A DNA stretch of 63,996 bases, counting the filler, from Elsinoe ampelina (lineage: Eukaryota): NCBI GenBank assembly GCA_010093995.1. It is 4 parts of 4 records of this genome, joined end to end, with 100 filler letters (N's around TTAATTAATTAA, not from the genome) between each part and the next. Parts side by side here need not be neighbours in the genome. Positions count along the whole stretch, not along the records: positions 1 to 27,853 come from ML992557.1; 3 more parts are not named here. One strand, given 5' to 3'. Positions 1-13,175 of this stretch are shown here, piece after piece (position 1 is the first letter of the stretch; every line of letters begins with the position of its first letter). Both the position numbers and the translations under genes were made by a program. The notes under the pieces were generated by a model. That model ran no database searches. It was not told the DNA's origin and saw only the letters and a program-made list of their open reading frames with translations.

Positions 1-343
1 AAACAATGGCTGCCTAGCTATTATTAATAGTTACTATTGTTGCTAGCAATTATAAGCTAAACTAATAGTAAATTCTCACTAATGATTAGCTAACACTAAC
101 AATTATAAGCAATTACAAAGAGATAAAGTAATAAGCTAATCACTTTACTTACATGTGACAGGACAGTTCTCTAGCTTTAGTAATCTATACCAGAGGGGGA
201 GTGTTATAATGGAAGGCTAGTACAGCTTCTCTGGTACTGAAGAACTGGTACTGATGAGTCAGCGCACGCACAGTAGATAAATCGGTTATTGTAACTCTCT
301 GAATGAAACACACGTCTCTCGATCCGATTTGCTAGTTACAACA
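1..343 (+). mobile_element. 3' end of a RIP-mutated LTR retrotransposon: polypurine tract 192-201 plus 142-bp LTR 202-343
   Basis: AGAGGGGGAG is followed by TGTTATAA...TTACAACA (TG..CA ends, imperfect inverted repeat). Sequence is TpA-rich. A near-identical copy lies at 55936-56278 and similarity stops exactly at the terminal CA. Confidence 0.85.
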
Positions 344-554
344 ATCGTTCCTGATCGCCCGTGACATCACCAGACATCAATTAACGCGTGAAGACGCGAT
401 CCTTGCTGCAGAGCTGCCTGGAGCTTTGGCAGTATTACGGAAGGGCTCGCAGGTAGGGTGGTTTGGTTCTGTCTTTCATCTTTTTCTCTGTCCCATTCCA
501 TCACGCCCCTCACATCCCTCACTCTTCATCATAAATTCGCCACTTTCAACGCTA

Positions 555-1928
555 ATGATGGCTGGCACGAGAGCTTCGACTCAAGCAAATGGAGATTCTG
601 ACTCCGGCAAGAGAAAGGCCGAAGACAGCCCCGCTTCCAAGAATGCGAAGGTAGCCAAGACCGAAGACGGCCAGAAGACTCTTGACGAGACGTTTGCCAA
701 TGGCAAGAAAGACGATCAGGACCAGCAGCTCGACGGGGCGAACGACCAGAATAGTAGCTCCGATTCCAAGGAGAAGGATCAGATTGGGGGAGCCAATGAT
801 GACCCAGACCAGGCGTTGAAGGAGACGCGCGACGGCAAAGGCCTCAACACTGTCGACAGCAAGACCTTTGAGAAGAAGGATATACCACACGACGACGTTC
901 ACGCTCAACAAGACGACAAATCGAAGCCGGCGGAGCCATTCACTGACACCAATGGCGGTGCTATCGAAGATGACAAGCAACGAGAGGAAGCTCTTCCATC
1001 AAACGTGCTCGAGAAGGGTATAATTTACTTCTTCACTCGCGGACGAGTCGGAATCGAGGACATCGAATCCGTCACAGACATCCAGCGCAGTTACTTTGTG
1101 CTCCGACCCCTGCCTGACGGCGGCAAGATCACTGATGGAGCTATGGACGACCTCAAGAACAACAGACTCATCGCCTTGCCCAAGAAAGTCTGGCCAAAGA
1201 GCGGCAAAGACAAGTTCATGGCATTTATCGAAAGTGCTCAGGTCAGCAACAAGGACCTCAAGGAGAACTTTTTCCAGGGCAGCGAATATCAGACCAAGAC
1301 CGTAGGCACCCGACAGACGCCGCCCGTAACACCAGTCGGCGAAGGAGTCTACGCCATTACCTCGACCGGCAACAGAGGCGAGACTCACCTCGCCTATATG
1401 CTCACCGTCCCGAAGGAGCCAGGCGAGCTCCAAGCAGACATGGGCGTGGCAAGCAAGAGCAGCTTCATCCTCAGCCTGAAGAACCCCGAAGTCAAAGGAC
1501 CTGCCAATGCCAGTCTCCCACAAAAGCCTGACTTTCCCAAAGAGTATGCCTTGGCCCCATCTCCAATCTGCCAGCCAGACTGACCACACGCAGATTCATC
1601 GAAGAGTTCAACAACCGCAGCTGGATGCCCGTCGCGCCCAAGCACCTAGACTACCCCAACGCCCAGATGCTCATGATCGGCGAGGACTTTGAATCTGGCC
1701 ACGCTTTGGAGCAGACGAAGAAGGACGAGAATGATGATAAGAAGGAGAGCCCTGAGGAAGAGCTGGAGAAACTGGAGCATGAGGATCAGATCAGGATCAA
1801 TAACCTCAAGGGTGAGTGAAGAGAATTGTAAGCAGAAGAGGAGACTAATTGGTCCAGGTGACGATACTATCTTTGACGATCTTGGGATTAGCAAGAAGGA
1901 CTATCCGGATGTTGCTACTACTTGGTAA
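555..1928 (+). CDS. Conserved fungal hypothetical protein (family often labelled 'BTB domain transcription factor'); introns 1544-1593 and 1812-1857
   Basis: Charged N-terminus, then LEKGIIYFFTRGRV...RSYFVLRP...F.LS.KNP. Two GT-AG introns with CTGAC/CTAAT branch sites join three ORFs in frame, ending DYPDVATTW. Confidence 0.75.
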
Positions 1929-2277
1929 GTAATGGTGGGACCTTGCTGGCGGAGGCTCGTAGAGCATTCGGACTGGAGTTCAGGGAAAGTGGACAAAAGT
2001 ACAATCGACAGTTAGGGTCAACAGGACCGTTGCTTCATGTAAGATTAAAACCATGGATGGAGGATTGTACAATACACTATACGCTCTGCATGCATTAGAG
2101 GTACAGCTCGAGAGACAACACGTGTCTCGCAGCCATGAAATCATTGTGCCCTTTAATCATAGACGAGGACAAGGGAACCAATGTTTACCGACGATGGATT
2201 TACATCAGCATCAACGATCAACGGATGGGTATCTATTCAACCACCTCAAGCAAGCTACATATCTCCCCTCCAACCAC

Positions 2278-5079
2278 TCACCCTCCCTTGGGCCCCCTCC
2301 CCTCCCTCTCCCTCTCATCATCCACATCAACCATATCCACACTCGGCGCCCTCCCCACCACCGCAGGTACCTTCTTCGCCATCGGACCAAGCCAATACTC
2401 CATCAACCTGTCCTTCTCCGTCTTGTCTTCCTCTCGCACACCCACCCTTTCAGCCAATAACCCATCCCCCGCGACCACCTGCCCCGCCGCTCCCTGGCCC
2501 GCCCACTCTCCCTGGCCCCCCATCCCTTGCCCCTCCCCCCCATCCCCCTCATCCAACCTGATCTCATGCGCCTCCGGACTCCCGCTCCCGCTCCCCCTCT
2601 CCCAATCCCCATCCAACAACCCTTTCCCCTCCTCCCTCCACGCCCCATCGAAGCTATAAGCCGGCAAATCCCCGTTCCCATCCTCGCCCTCGTCGAAATT
2701 AACCATCGTGCTCCCCGCACTACCCCTCCTCTCCCTCCCGCCCTCGATATACTCCGCGCCCCACCCTTGGTCCACCACGGCCCCTCGCGCGCCGTTGTGC
2801 TGGAAGTTGCGCAGCTCGTTTTGGAAGAGACGGTTGTCTGCCGCGATGAACCGCCGGAGTTCGTCGGGGAGGTCGGGTTCCGAGGGGAAGGCGACTGCTT
2901 TGTCGGATGCGTAGACGAGGAGGGCGGCGTTGTGTTCTAGCTCCACGGCGCGGAGGACTTCGTCTGTGCTGCTTTCTGTCTTGTGGATGGTTGAGGTGGA
3001 GAGGGTGATGTCGAGTTGGATGCGCCACCAGGTCCAGCCCGGCGGGGCGTCGGGGTCGTCGGGGTTGGGGGTGAGGTCGATTTCGGAGGGGATAGGGGGA
3101 GGGGGGAGGGTGGGGGTGGAGGTTTCCATTACGTCGGGCTGGAGGCCGGGCAGGGGTTTGTAGCGAGGGCGCAGGACGTAGGTGACGTTGGGTTTGGTGG
3201 CGACGCCGCGGAGGGTGTAGTGGTGTTTGAGCTTGTCTTGTTCGAGGCCTGGGGGGTTGGATTGGCTAAGGCGGCTGAGGGCTTCTTTGGCTCTGTGTTT
3301 CTCTTCTTCTAGGGTGGCGATCTTTTCGGTAATACTGGTCCATAGACGGTCGAGTTTTTGGGCCATGGCGGTGTGAGCTTCTTGATCGGCTGGTGGAAGC
3401 GATAATGAATCAGCTGGGAGATCGATGCCACGAGCTTCGTTGTCATCAAGGACCTTCTGTCGAGACGCGCCGGAGAAGTAATCTTTCGTTGAGCGAAGAA
3501 TGTCGAGGGCCTCCAAGTTCTCATTACTTGTGGGATGTTCGACCTTCGCTAGGCTCTGCTGAAGACTCTCCAGGGTAGCTTGCCGTCTCTTCAAGCGTGA
3601 CATTTCCTTTCGCACCGGTCTGGTCATCTCAACGTGCTCTTCGAGATACTTGTCAATGTATAAAGACGTCGGTACGACGAGCCGAAGCTTGTCCTGTGCT
3701 GGATCATCTTCCACGACTCGCATCGGTAAGACTTCGCCACACTGAATCATCCAATTGTCCGCAAAATTCTCATCCTCCGGGTCCATATCCCAGAGAGCAT
3801 GGTCCATCACATCGGCCAACGTCAACTCTCCAGACCGAGGTCGATCCGGAATAGATAACGGTAAAGACCACAGGTTGGGCGTCTGTACCCCTGCACCACT
3901 ACCGACCGTAGAGTGGAAGAGTCGATTGAACACTGTATCATCCTGATTGTCCTGCTCGGCGACCTGTATTGCTGCCTCCTCCCACGCTGCCAAAGTCATG
4001 TCCATCGGTATGTCACCGATATTTGTCGCCAGCTGCTCGGCGATTCGCACCAGGTTCTCTGTAGAGGCGTAAGATCTGTCGCTTGAGTCCAGGAATGCGA
4101 TAAGGCGCTGCATCTCAGCCACCATCTTGTAAGTCTCCGGTTTCACAGACTGAGCAGAATCCCCACCGACCGTGCTGACAATTGTTGGCAGCTTGATCTC
4201 ATGACCCCGCCACCAGTCCGGATCCTGTCCATACCCCGACTGTATGTGATCACGCAACAGAAGCGTCTCGCGCGCAAGAGGAATCGAGTGGGCGATCGTG
4301 AGTAAGTTCGGCAGATAGTCCCCTGACGCGGTATGCTTGAGGAATCGTGGCTCCAACCCATCATTCTTCCTGGCAGATGGCTCCACATCTGGGATAATCT
4401 CCTTCGCTTCGTGAACCTGGGTTGCAGTGGTTGGTACCATAGTCCACTGGCTCGGATCGTATTTCGCTTGAGTGGCTGGACCAAAGTGACTTTGTAGCCT
4501 GTTCCCTGCACTGATTATACCAGATTCTTGCCCAGCATATCCCAGATCTTGCCGCGAGTTCGCCATGGCCTTTTCGAGCTCCTCATCTTCTTCTGCCTTT
4601 GTTGCCGGCTGTCTAAGCGAAGGAACAGGTGAGCTGCCTCGTGTCGGTGCCGCGCTCGTACCGAGAGGGTGAAGGTTTGAATCGCTGTACGGCGCTGGTG
4701 TGACAATTAGAACCACGTCTGCCAGTCTTCCGTTCGCCAGAGTGACGACGCACCTGGCATCTGAGGCCCGTATGAGGTGCCATCCCTGTCCGTCGTCCAA
4801 GCAGAATCATCCCATTGTACTGCCGTCTGTCCTGCATCAGTCGTCTGCTGAGGAGTCCACACTAGCTTCGTCCCACCTCGGCCTTTGAAATGTCCTCTCC
4901 TTCTAGCAGTGCATTTATTGCTTGCTCGACATTGTTGTTCTTCACCTTCTCAGAGTAAGCTTGACCGCACGACCCGTCTGCTGTTGTGCTCAGACCTTTA
5001 AAAATCTCCGAGCAGTTTCTGGGTCTGTGGCAGTGATCTCCACCACCATGGAGATGTCTGCTTCTGTAGGTTCACCCAT
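2278..5079 (-). CDS. Ubiquitin-interaction-motif protein, Rup1-like (N-terminal UBA-like helices plus UIM); short 5' introns
   Basis: Spliced N-terminus MGEPTEADISMVVEITATDPETARRFLK-VKNNNVEQAINALLE; UIM-like EEDEELEKAMANS; YTLRGVATKP and WWRI motifs in the 840-aa ORF. Confidence 0.7.
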
Positions 5080-5646
5080 GTTGAGTCTGACCGGGTGATT
5101 GTCATGGGGCCAAGGATACTGTTATTGTGACATGGATGACAAATGAAGAATGAGCTGTACTGCCCCAGAAAGCCGAAAACGAAGTTCGCTGGTAAATAGG
5201 CACAAAGCGAAGACGTCAGGGGGAGCAAATGGGTTTGAAGCTTGAAGCTTCATGTTTCGGAAACGCACATGTCATCCCACATTTTCGCAGCATAGTAAAC
5301 GATTTCATCTCTGGCATCGTGGATATAGTCACCAGATTTGACGATTCAGCTTGGTGGTCTAATCTGCACCAGACGTCTCGCAATATGTGTTTCAAATATC
5401 CATTGATAAGTATATGAGTGAATCTAAGTCATGCTTCCTGCTAAATGATAATTACCCATATCTACTGAGCAAGGTCCGCTCGTGCTGGCTCGCCGGCACA
5501 GTCTGCCTAGGCGCCTTGCTGAAAGAATCCTCCTCCCGATGCAATGATACTAAAAGTCGTGAATCATGTCCGCTTCCTAGCAATCCCTCCGATCGAGTGT
5601 TGGACGGCATTGCCGGTACAGTGGCATCCATCCTCTTGCCGGCGCA

Positions 5647-6361
5647 TCACTCGCTCTCGTCGCTTGCCTCCTCCATCTGCTCATCCTCATCTTCGTCATC
5701 GAATCCCATTTCCGCATCACTCTCGCTTCCGAAGTCGTCCTCCACTTCCGAATCGGACCAGCTGAAGTTGTACGCTTCTTCCTCCTTCTTGTACGCAGAC
5801 TGTTCTGTAGGCATCTTGAAATCGGCCGGGATATCCTTCTTACTAATGTCGATGTCCTTCTTGACTGCGGCCTTGAACGAGTCGGGATCCTTACGGAAAA
5901 GAACACCGGCGTCCACGTTGGCAGGGGAAGAGACTTCGGGGTCGTCGAGGAGAGACAAGATACTGATGAGGACAGACTCGACGCGCTGAGCAGGGGACCA
6001 GCGCTCGGAGGCGAGCTCGCCAGACATGGTGTCCTCTCCAGGTGGGTGCAGGATGGAGATGCAGAGGCGGCCATCAGGGTAGACATTGGGGTGAGTGAGA
6101 GGGCGCGTGAAGCGGAAGGCTGGGATAGGTCAGTCTCCAATCAATCATGCTGATATGAGCATACTCACTTGGCGGGCTAAAGGGGTAGTCCTTGGGAAAG
6201 GTCATTTTGGACATGAAGTAGCCCCCATAGTAGGTAGACTCCTTGTTGACCGGGATGAGAGCGACGTTCCACTCCATGATGTTTTCGTGAACCAGCTCAA
6301 TGTTTGTCCATGGTTCCTTCGCCAGGGCCCGATATTCGGACATGAGGATCTTCTCAGCCAT
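5647..6361 (-). CDS. CDC34: Ubiquitin-conjugating enzyme E2 Cdc34/Ubc3; intron 6120-6168
   Basis: HPNVYPDGRLCISILHPPGED...ERWSPAQRVESVLISILSLL (catalytic Cys with acidic loop insertion) and an acidic C-terminal tail. Confidence 0.9.
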
Positions 6362-7074
6362 CGTGAAGGTGAAGCCGAGGCGAGCCGATGATGACGACGT
6401 TGAGAGCGCGCAGAAGCAGGGGAAGAGGCGGCCAGTCGAGAATTATGGTCGGCTTGGATGAGGTTCGATGCGCAAGCAAGGGAGGCCGGATCGGGTGATG
6501 GTATGTTTCTGGCCCCTTGTGAACGGATCTGGATTTGGTGGGGGCTTGTAATGGAGGGGTCGACGTCCGCTTCCGGCAAGTGCTGTATTGGTCGACTCTT
6601 CGACTGGGAAGACGCTGGTGGAAGCAAGCAGTGTATGTACGTGAGTAAGTGAAGGTGGTAAGAAGGTCGGTGGATTTCGAGTGCAGATTTGGGAGAAGTA
6701 GATGTGAGCATGTGAGAAGGGAGGCTGTTGATAAGGCGCGAGTCAGTGAACAAGTCATTCACGCGTGCTCATCAGGGTTGGGCGCATTCCCGCCTTTACC
6801 CGACTTTCCGACCACAGGAACAATAACATCGACAATAACATCGACAAGCACAATACAGAATTTGTTGAAAGCTTTTGTATTCGCGTGGCTGATACCGAGC
6901 CAAGCGCATGGCCTAGCATGAGAACTATCCGCCTCGCGCAGACCTGATTGGGTAAAAGTACAAATTACTTCCACCGAGTAGACCATCCCTCGCTCAGCAC
7001 CTTGAACTCCTGGAACTCCTGCGTGACCGACATGCTATGCACAAGCTTGAGGCTTCTCGACAACGTGCGCACAC

Positions 7075-8683
7075 CTAGTCGCTGTCGTCATCGTCGCTCT
7101 CGGCCTTTGACTTGCTCTTCTTGCGCTCCTTCTTCTCTTTCTTCTCCTTCTTGCGCTTCTTGCGTTCTGCCTTCTCATATGCTGTCTCACCCTCATGCTT
7201 GCGCTTCTTCTTCTTCTCGCTGCTCTGCGCGATATCATCCATGGAGGCGTCGACATCGCCGTTGGTCGGTGGTACTGCTGGAGCTGACAGAATCTCATTC
7301 TTGACAGCCGTCTCGTCGGTCTTGCCCAAGTGACCCTCCTTGACTGGTGCAGCCTCGACAGCCTGCTGTTCCGACTTGAACGCGTCCTCGCCGTTGACCT
7401 TGAGGTTGAAATCCTGGTAGTTCTGCTTCCACGACGCCGGAGTTTGCTCATTCTCACGACCAAACTTGTCGAGCTTGCCGCTCTCCTTGAGCTTTTTCTT
7501 CTCGGTCGCGACAGGTCCAAGACCCCACCTGCGAGGATACAAGTCCCTCTCCATGATACACCTCTTGACTTTTGCTACCACACCGTGGTCGCATGATGAC
7601 ATCTCGACCGTGGACATTTGTGCGATGGCGATGGCGATGGCCTCACCCTTCGTGGTGATAAGAACAACTTCCTCGTGAACATCGATGCCGGCTTCGTATC
7701 TCAGCAATCCGGGAATCATGAGCTTGGCGCCATATGTGACAGCGTTGACAGCAGAATCCTTGACGACAATACGCTTGTAGGTGGTAAGAAGAGACTCGAG
7801 GGGGCTGATTACCTTGCGGAGGTACGTCTCGTCGCGCTGGTTGTCGTATAACCACTGTGCGTCCAGAACATCGTGGAGCGTGACCATTCCCTTTTGCTCG
7901 TCCATAGCACCACTACGCACACGGCGCAATTCCTGCATGTGCGCACCGACTCCGAGTAGAAGACCAAGATGCACGCAGAGAGTCCTGATGTAAGTACCAG
8001 CTTCGCAAGAGACCCAGAAGACACCCAGCTGACGGTCGTTGTCGAACTCCAGAAGTTTGCTCTCGTGGATAGTCCTGATACGAAGCTGGCGCTTCACGGC
8101 CGAGATAAGAGGTGGTCGTTGGAAAAGAGCTCCAGTCAAAGTCTCCAGCGCGCGGGCGAATTGCTTCTCTCCTCCTGGCAGCTTGTCGTGCAGACGGATC
8201 ACGGTCATGTATTCCTTACCTGCTCCTTGTTGAGACTTCACCAGCCTCGTCGCCCTATCTATGCAGACGATCAGACACCCGGTGACCTTGGGGTCCAGTG
8301 TACCCGAGTGACCCGTGCGATCCACCCTTAGAATGCGCTTGACCCATGCTACTACTTCATGCGACGAGGGGTTTGACGGCTTGTCGAGGTTGATGACACC
8401 GCTTGAGACGTAGGATTTGAGGTCGCGGCGAAGAGGTGTAGACCCAGCGGGGATGGGTGTAAAATGGCTGGTGCGGACGAGGACTAACAAACCATAGTCA
8501 GTCACATATATAATTGATTGAGAAGAATGCATAGATCGCAGGAATCTCCAGCGGACAGGGTAATAACGTACGCCTCTCCCAGTTCTTGAGCAATAAGGGC
8601 CATTCAGTGGTGTCGAGGACTGGCGCAGAATTCTCTGGCTTGATCACCATCTCGACATCTTCTTCCTTCTTGACCATGGCCAT
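7075..8683 (-). CDS. CBF5: H/ACA snoRNP pseudouridine synthase (dyskerin); intron 8484-8571
   Basis: [12 protein letters not shown]ruB motif, PUA domain, KKE-rich tail; exon 1 ...[10 protein letters not shown] splices to [10 protein letters not shown]. Confidence 0.97.
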
Positions 8684-10536
8684 TGTGTCGGCTAGAGCTA
8701 CCGAGAGCCCGTCCGTTAAGATCAGAGGGGTTGCGAAGTGGTGGCCACCAATTAATGTAGGGTATGAATTTTGCTTGCGAAATATTGGAGCTCTTTGAAG
8801 TTTTTCGAGCTTCAAAAGACCAATTTCTCTCGAAGGTGTGGAGAAGCAGCCTTGGCAGAGCATTTTGCGTGTACGGTACTCTGGACTCGTGGCGGCGCAA
8901 GATCTTGGCAAATAGCCCCCTGGAGAGACGGGACCTTGACGCCCGTGGCCTCTTACGATGTACTCAAACTCGTTCACAACAGCACAGTCTGTCCCGACTT
9001 CATCATGAGGACATGAGCGCCTTGCAGCCGAGTATCGACTTCGAAAACGCCTCATGATGTCCTCATATGGCTGAATGTGCTGCTGGAACGGAGAATCAGA
9101 TCGACTCGGCCTCTAGTCAGCCAAGGAACCACCTCGAACGGGAATGAGGGTCCCATTAAAATGGAATACAGCTGAGCACCTCTGATGCGACAATATGCAA
9201 AAATCTATGTAGCTGGTAAGTACGACCCTGACATTTACAGTCTCTGCTGTTTCCTCTCTCCACTCCCCCTGCAGAGCACATTGGGCAGGATGAAAGGGCT
9301 CCAGTTTTGCATCATCATGTAGGTCCCAATCGAGTTGGCAGACTGGCTGGCCATTCAAAAGTAACGAGCTAGCTCAAGCCACGGTGCGAAGACTGTACGT
9401 CGTCTGATGAGTGGAGGCTGGATAGGTTGTGGTCATTGCAGAACTACCAATTTCGGTTCCTATCGACACATCTGGAATGACGAGTCCATGGATCATCTCC
9501 ATCACGACGGACGTGGTCGACGAGTTCGACAATCACATCCCCCTTTGTGTTGCGATTGCTCTCTCGAAACAGATTGTGGCAGCAACCAACGTTGCGTCCA
9601 CATTCATTGCCATCCGTAGTCTCCATGGAGTCGACGATCAGCTTAGTCGCATCTCGATCGTCCAGCTTGGCTCGAGGTGCCTTCTCGGACCGGCCGTGGG
9701 CATCTTGACATCTGGTCGAGAGGAGTGGGGCTGGCAGGTAGTCGTGTTTTTCGATCGCCTGCATGCTGTTCAAGATCAGCAGTAGTGCCGCACCTCGACA
9801 AGCTACGACTCTCGCACGATTATGAGCAGGAACGACTGTAGTAGCATCATCATCAGGAAAATCAAGCCAGCGACTGCTTCCTCTCGCATACTCGGTACAT
9901 TTCCAAGCTGTCTAGCGACTTCGATTATGCACGTTGTCGGTCCGAGAACAATCAAATCGATGCCACTCAGGACTTCAAGCACCAATGAGAAATTTTATTG
10001 CCAGGCTCGCTGCAACAAATTCTTCCACATGACCTTGGTCGATCATTTTAGAATTTGACCAGAAGCGACCCTAGTGCAACCAAGTGGCGCCATCACGTCG
10101 GCGGTGCCTGCCAAGCCTGCAGCCCCGACCTCATCTCTCACTCCCCCACGGAGGTTTCCCCGCAGCCGCAGACTTCCATGCCAGGCATGCCCTTTCGAGA
10201 GGACTTCCATTCGCTTTAAACTTTTATTCTCCGGAAGCGCATCACCGCTTCGAGTACGTTGGCAACCTTGACCTTCCAGACAAAGCGTTTGATCGCGTAA
10301 GCACGACTCATGACACGCTTATGGCCCGACATGGTCCATCTCACATGCGGCACCACACCCACTCATGATCGCGTTAGGTCACAATACAGATACCCACCCT
10401 GTAAAGCGTCATGTCCACCGACTCGAATATCGCGCAGCGTAAGTCGCACAAAGGTGCCGTCCCTATAAAGCCTTCGAACCATCTCATACCTGCTCAATCC
10501 ATCTCCTTCACAGTCCACCACCCCAGACCACCCATC

Positions 10537-11395
10537 ATGCCCTCCATCCAATCGCTCTCCCTCCTCCTCCCCTTCCTCCCTCTCGTCGCCTCCCACGGCT
10601 ACCTCACCATCCCCTCCTCCCGCTCCCGTCTCGGCGCCGAATCCGGCAAAGACACCTGCCCCGAGTGCTCCATCCTCGAGCCCGTGACCGTCTGGCCATC
10701 CCTCGACACCGCCGCCATCGGCCGCTCCGGACCCTGCGGCTACAACGCCCGGGTGTCGGTCGACTACAACACGCCCGGCAGCTACAACGGCAAAACCTGG
10801 GGCACCACCCCCGTCGCGACCTACCGCCCCGGCGACATCGTCACGGTGGAATGGTGCGTCGACAACAACGGCGACCACGGGGGCATGTTCAGCTACCGGA
10901 TCTGCCAGGACCAGGCGCTGGTCGACAAGCTGATCACGCCCGGGTACACGCCTACGTTGGAGGAGAAGCAGGCGGCGGAAGACTGTTTCGTGGCCGGCAC
11001 GTTGAAGTGCACGGATGTGAGCGGGCAGACGTGTGGGTTCAGCCCGGACTGTGCCGAGGGCCAGGCGTGTTGGCGGAATGATTGGTTCACGTGTAATAAG
11101 TTTGATGCGGGGGATAGGAGGGGGTGTCAGGGGGTGGATGGGAATAGGTTGGGGAGTTGTGAGTATTACCCTTGATGACGGAGGTCCTGGAGATAGGGAG
11201 AGGGGAGACGCTAATGTGGGGATAGGTTATACGTCGATTGCGGGTGGGTATACGGTCACGAAGCAGATTAGGATTCCGGATAATATCTCGAGTAATCATA
11301 CTTTGTTGAGCTTCAAGTGGAATAGCTTACAGACGCCGCAGGCGTATATCAGTTGTGCGGATATTGCGATCAAGGGTTACTCGAGGGGCGGGTAG
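10537..11395 (+). CDS. AA13 starch-active lytic polysaccharide monooxygenase, no CBM20; intron 11159-11225
   Basis: Signal peptide then N-terminal His ([14 protein letters not shown]), [23 protein letters not shown] and [17 protein letters not shown] match AA13 signatures. Confidence 0.93.
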
Positions 11396-11561
11396 GGTGG
11401 ACGTGGGCCCTTGATAGCCAATGTACATAGTTGCTGCCGCTCCTGTACGTAGCCCTGCTTCGAGTCGTCACTTGATATTCAGCACTGCTTACTTTTGTAG
11501 CTTGTCGTACATGGACAAGAAAGGTTGCGCTATGCATCAATTCACAGTTCTATCATGTATT

Positions 11562-12860
11562 TCATGATCCGTTCACATCCAACTTCTTTATCGCTTCGTT
11601 CACATCCTTGCCCAAGTTGACCTCTGCAGCATCTGTCCCCTCCACATGTCCGTCTGCCTCCGCCTTGACACCTCCAGGATGTCTCGTACCCTTGTTCTTC
11701 TCCTTCTTCTTCTTGACCGGCGCGGCGGGTGGTGGGTAGGCTTTTTGCTCAATGTCTTGCCACTCCTTGGATGCCTTGAAAGCTTCTTGTATTGGTGCCA
11801 GGATCTCGTTGAGTGCCGTAGTGACGGCTCCTTTGAGTAGTTGTGGTGTGAGCTGGAATGATTAGCATGTTTGTGAAGGTGGGTCAGTGGGGGAGAGACT
11901 GACAATGTCTGCTTCGTAGTCCTTGTGCATCTGCTTGATGTCACTATAGACGAGTGGCTCACCCTCGCCCTCTCTTCGCTCGACCACAAACTTGGGCTTT
12001 CCACCCTTTAACACGCCTGCAGGAAGAAGTACGTACTCAACGAAACTGAGCACACCGTTCTCCTCGACCACCTTTGGTTGCGCGAAGGCTTTCTTCAACT
12101 TCTTCTTGACTACTTCCGGCCCGTCTAGCACATCGATCTTGCTGTCCGGGTCACTTGCGCTCATCTTTCCTCCAGCCAGTCCAGGTACCATTGGGTTCAT
12201 GAGATGTGCTCGTTCCTTGTAGCCAATCTTTGGAAGAATATCCTTGGCCAGAGCAAAGATCTTCCTCTGATCAACACCGCCGAACTGCGCATCCACCTTG
12301 AGGTACTCCTCGTCCAGTGCTTGCATGACTGGGTAAATCAAGGAACTCAAAGTCGCATTCTCCACCTGCTTCACCACTTCTGCTCCCGCCTTCTTCGCAT
12401 CGTGCTGTGTCACGACACTTTCCAGCCTGAACCGATCCATGGTGTACTCCTTGCTCAACTGGTAGCTGCTCCCCAGCACGAATTCCAGTTTCGAGATGTC
12501 CACTCCTACTGCCTTGAGCAGCTCGGTGATCACGAACTTGTAGTAGACTGCCCTGAACTCCACCAGCTCGATCGGAGCCTTGAGATTGTCCAGAAAGCCA
12601 TGTACGTCGGCTAAGAGAACCTTGACTTTGCAACCTGCAGCTAGGAATTTGGCGATCTGGAGGCATGGTACGAAGTAGCCGCAGTGTGGGCGTCCGGTCG
12701 TAGCAGTCCCCCAGTAGATGCAGAGAGGGCGTTCTTCCTTCTCGAGTACAGCGTGAATGATCTCCGGGTTGAGAACTTCTTGGAGGTTATTGACGATCAG
12801 TTCGTACTTTTCCTTTGGTGTGGTGGGGGTTGTGGTGGAGAGAGGGGTCGAGGATGCCAT
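11562..12860 (-). CDS. TYS1: Cytoplasmic tyrosyl-tRNA synthetase; intron 11853-11903
   Basis: [14 protein letters not shown] (HIGH-like), [17 protein letters not shown] (KMSKS-like). Confidence 0.97.
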
Positions 12861-13013
12861 TGTGCCTTCCAAAGCGCTGAGAGAGCCGATGTTGGACTTG
12901 AAGACCACTGGAGCCTCTATGCCTCTTTTCCACAAGTCGCTGCAGCACTCGGGACTTTGTCGTGCAGAGTCAGAATCGGAGTATGAGCAATGAGTAAATG
13001 GCAGTGAACCCGG

Positions 13014-13029
13014 TCCTTATCGATAAGGA
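13014..13029. promoter_or_regulatory. Perfect 16-bp palindrome TCCTTATCGATAAGGA in the ~315-bp divergent TYS1/PXA promoter
   Basis: Read directly; flanked by CCGG on both sides and contains inverted GATAA half-sites. Regulatory function is inferred. Confidence 0.45.
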
Positions 13030-13175
13030 TCCGGACATGGTCTTGGCACTTCCGGGCTCCAACAACGATGCAACCTAGCTACTCATAAACGTTTTGTGTT
13101 TGCGACGCGCTTCAGCAAAATGTTCATTGCCTCCTTTTAGCGACCTGAAATCTTCTTTACAAATGTTCGGGCGCC

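Noticed and set aside
9060..10400. Short ORFs between CBF5 and the LPMO
   Set aside because: No recognisable motifs, coherent splice pattern or codon bias; treated as intergenic.
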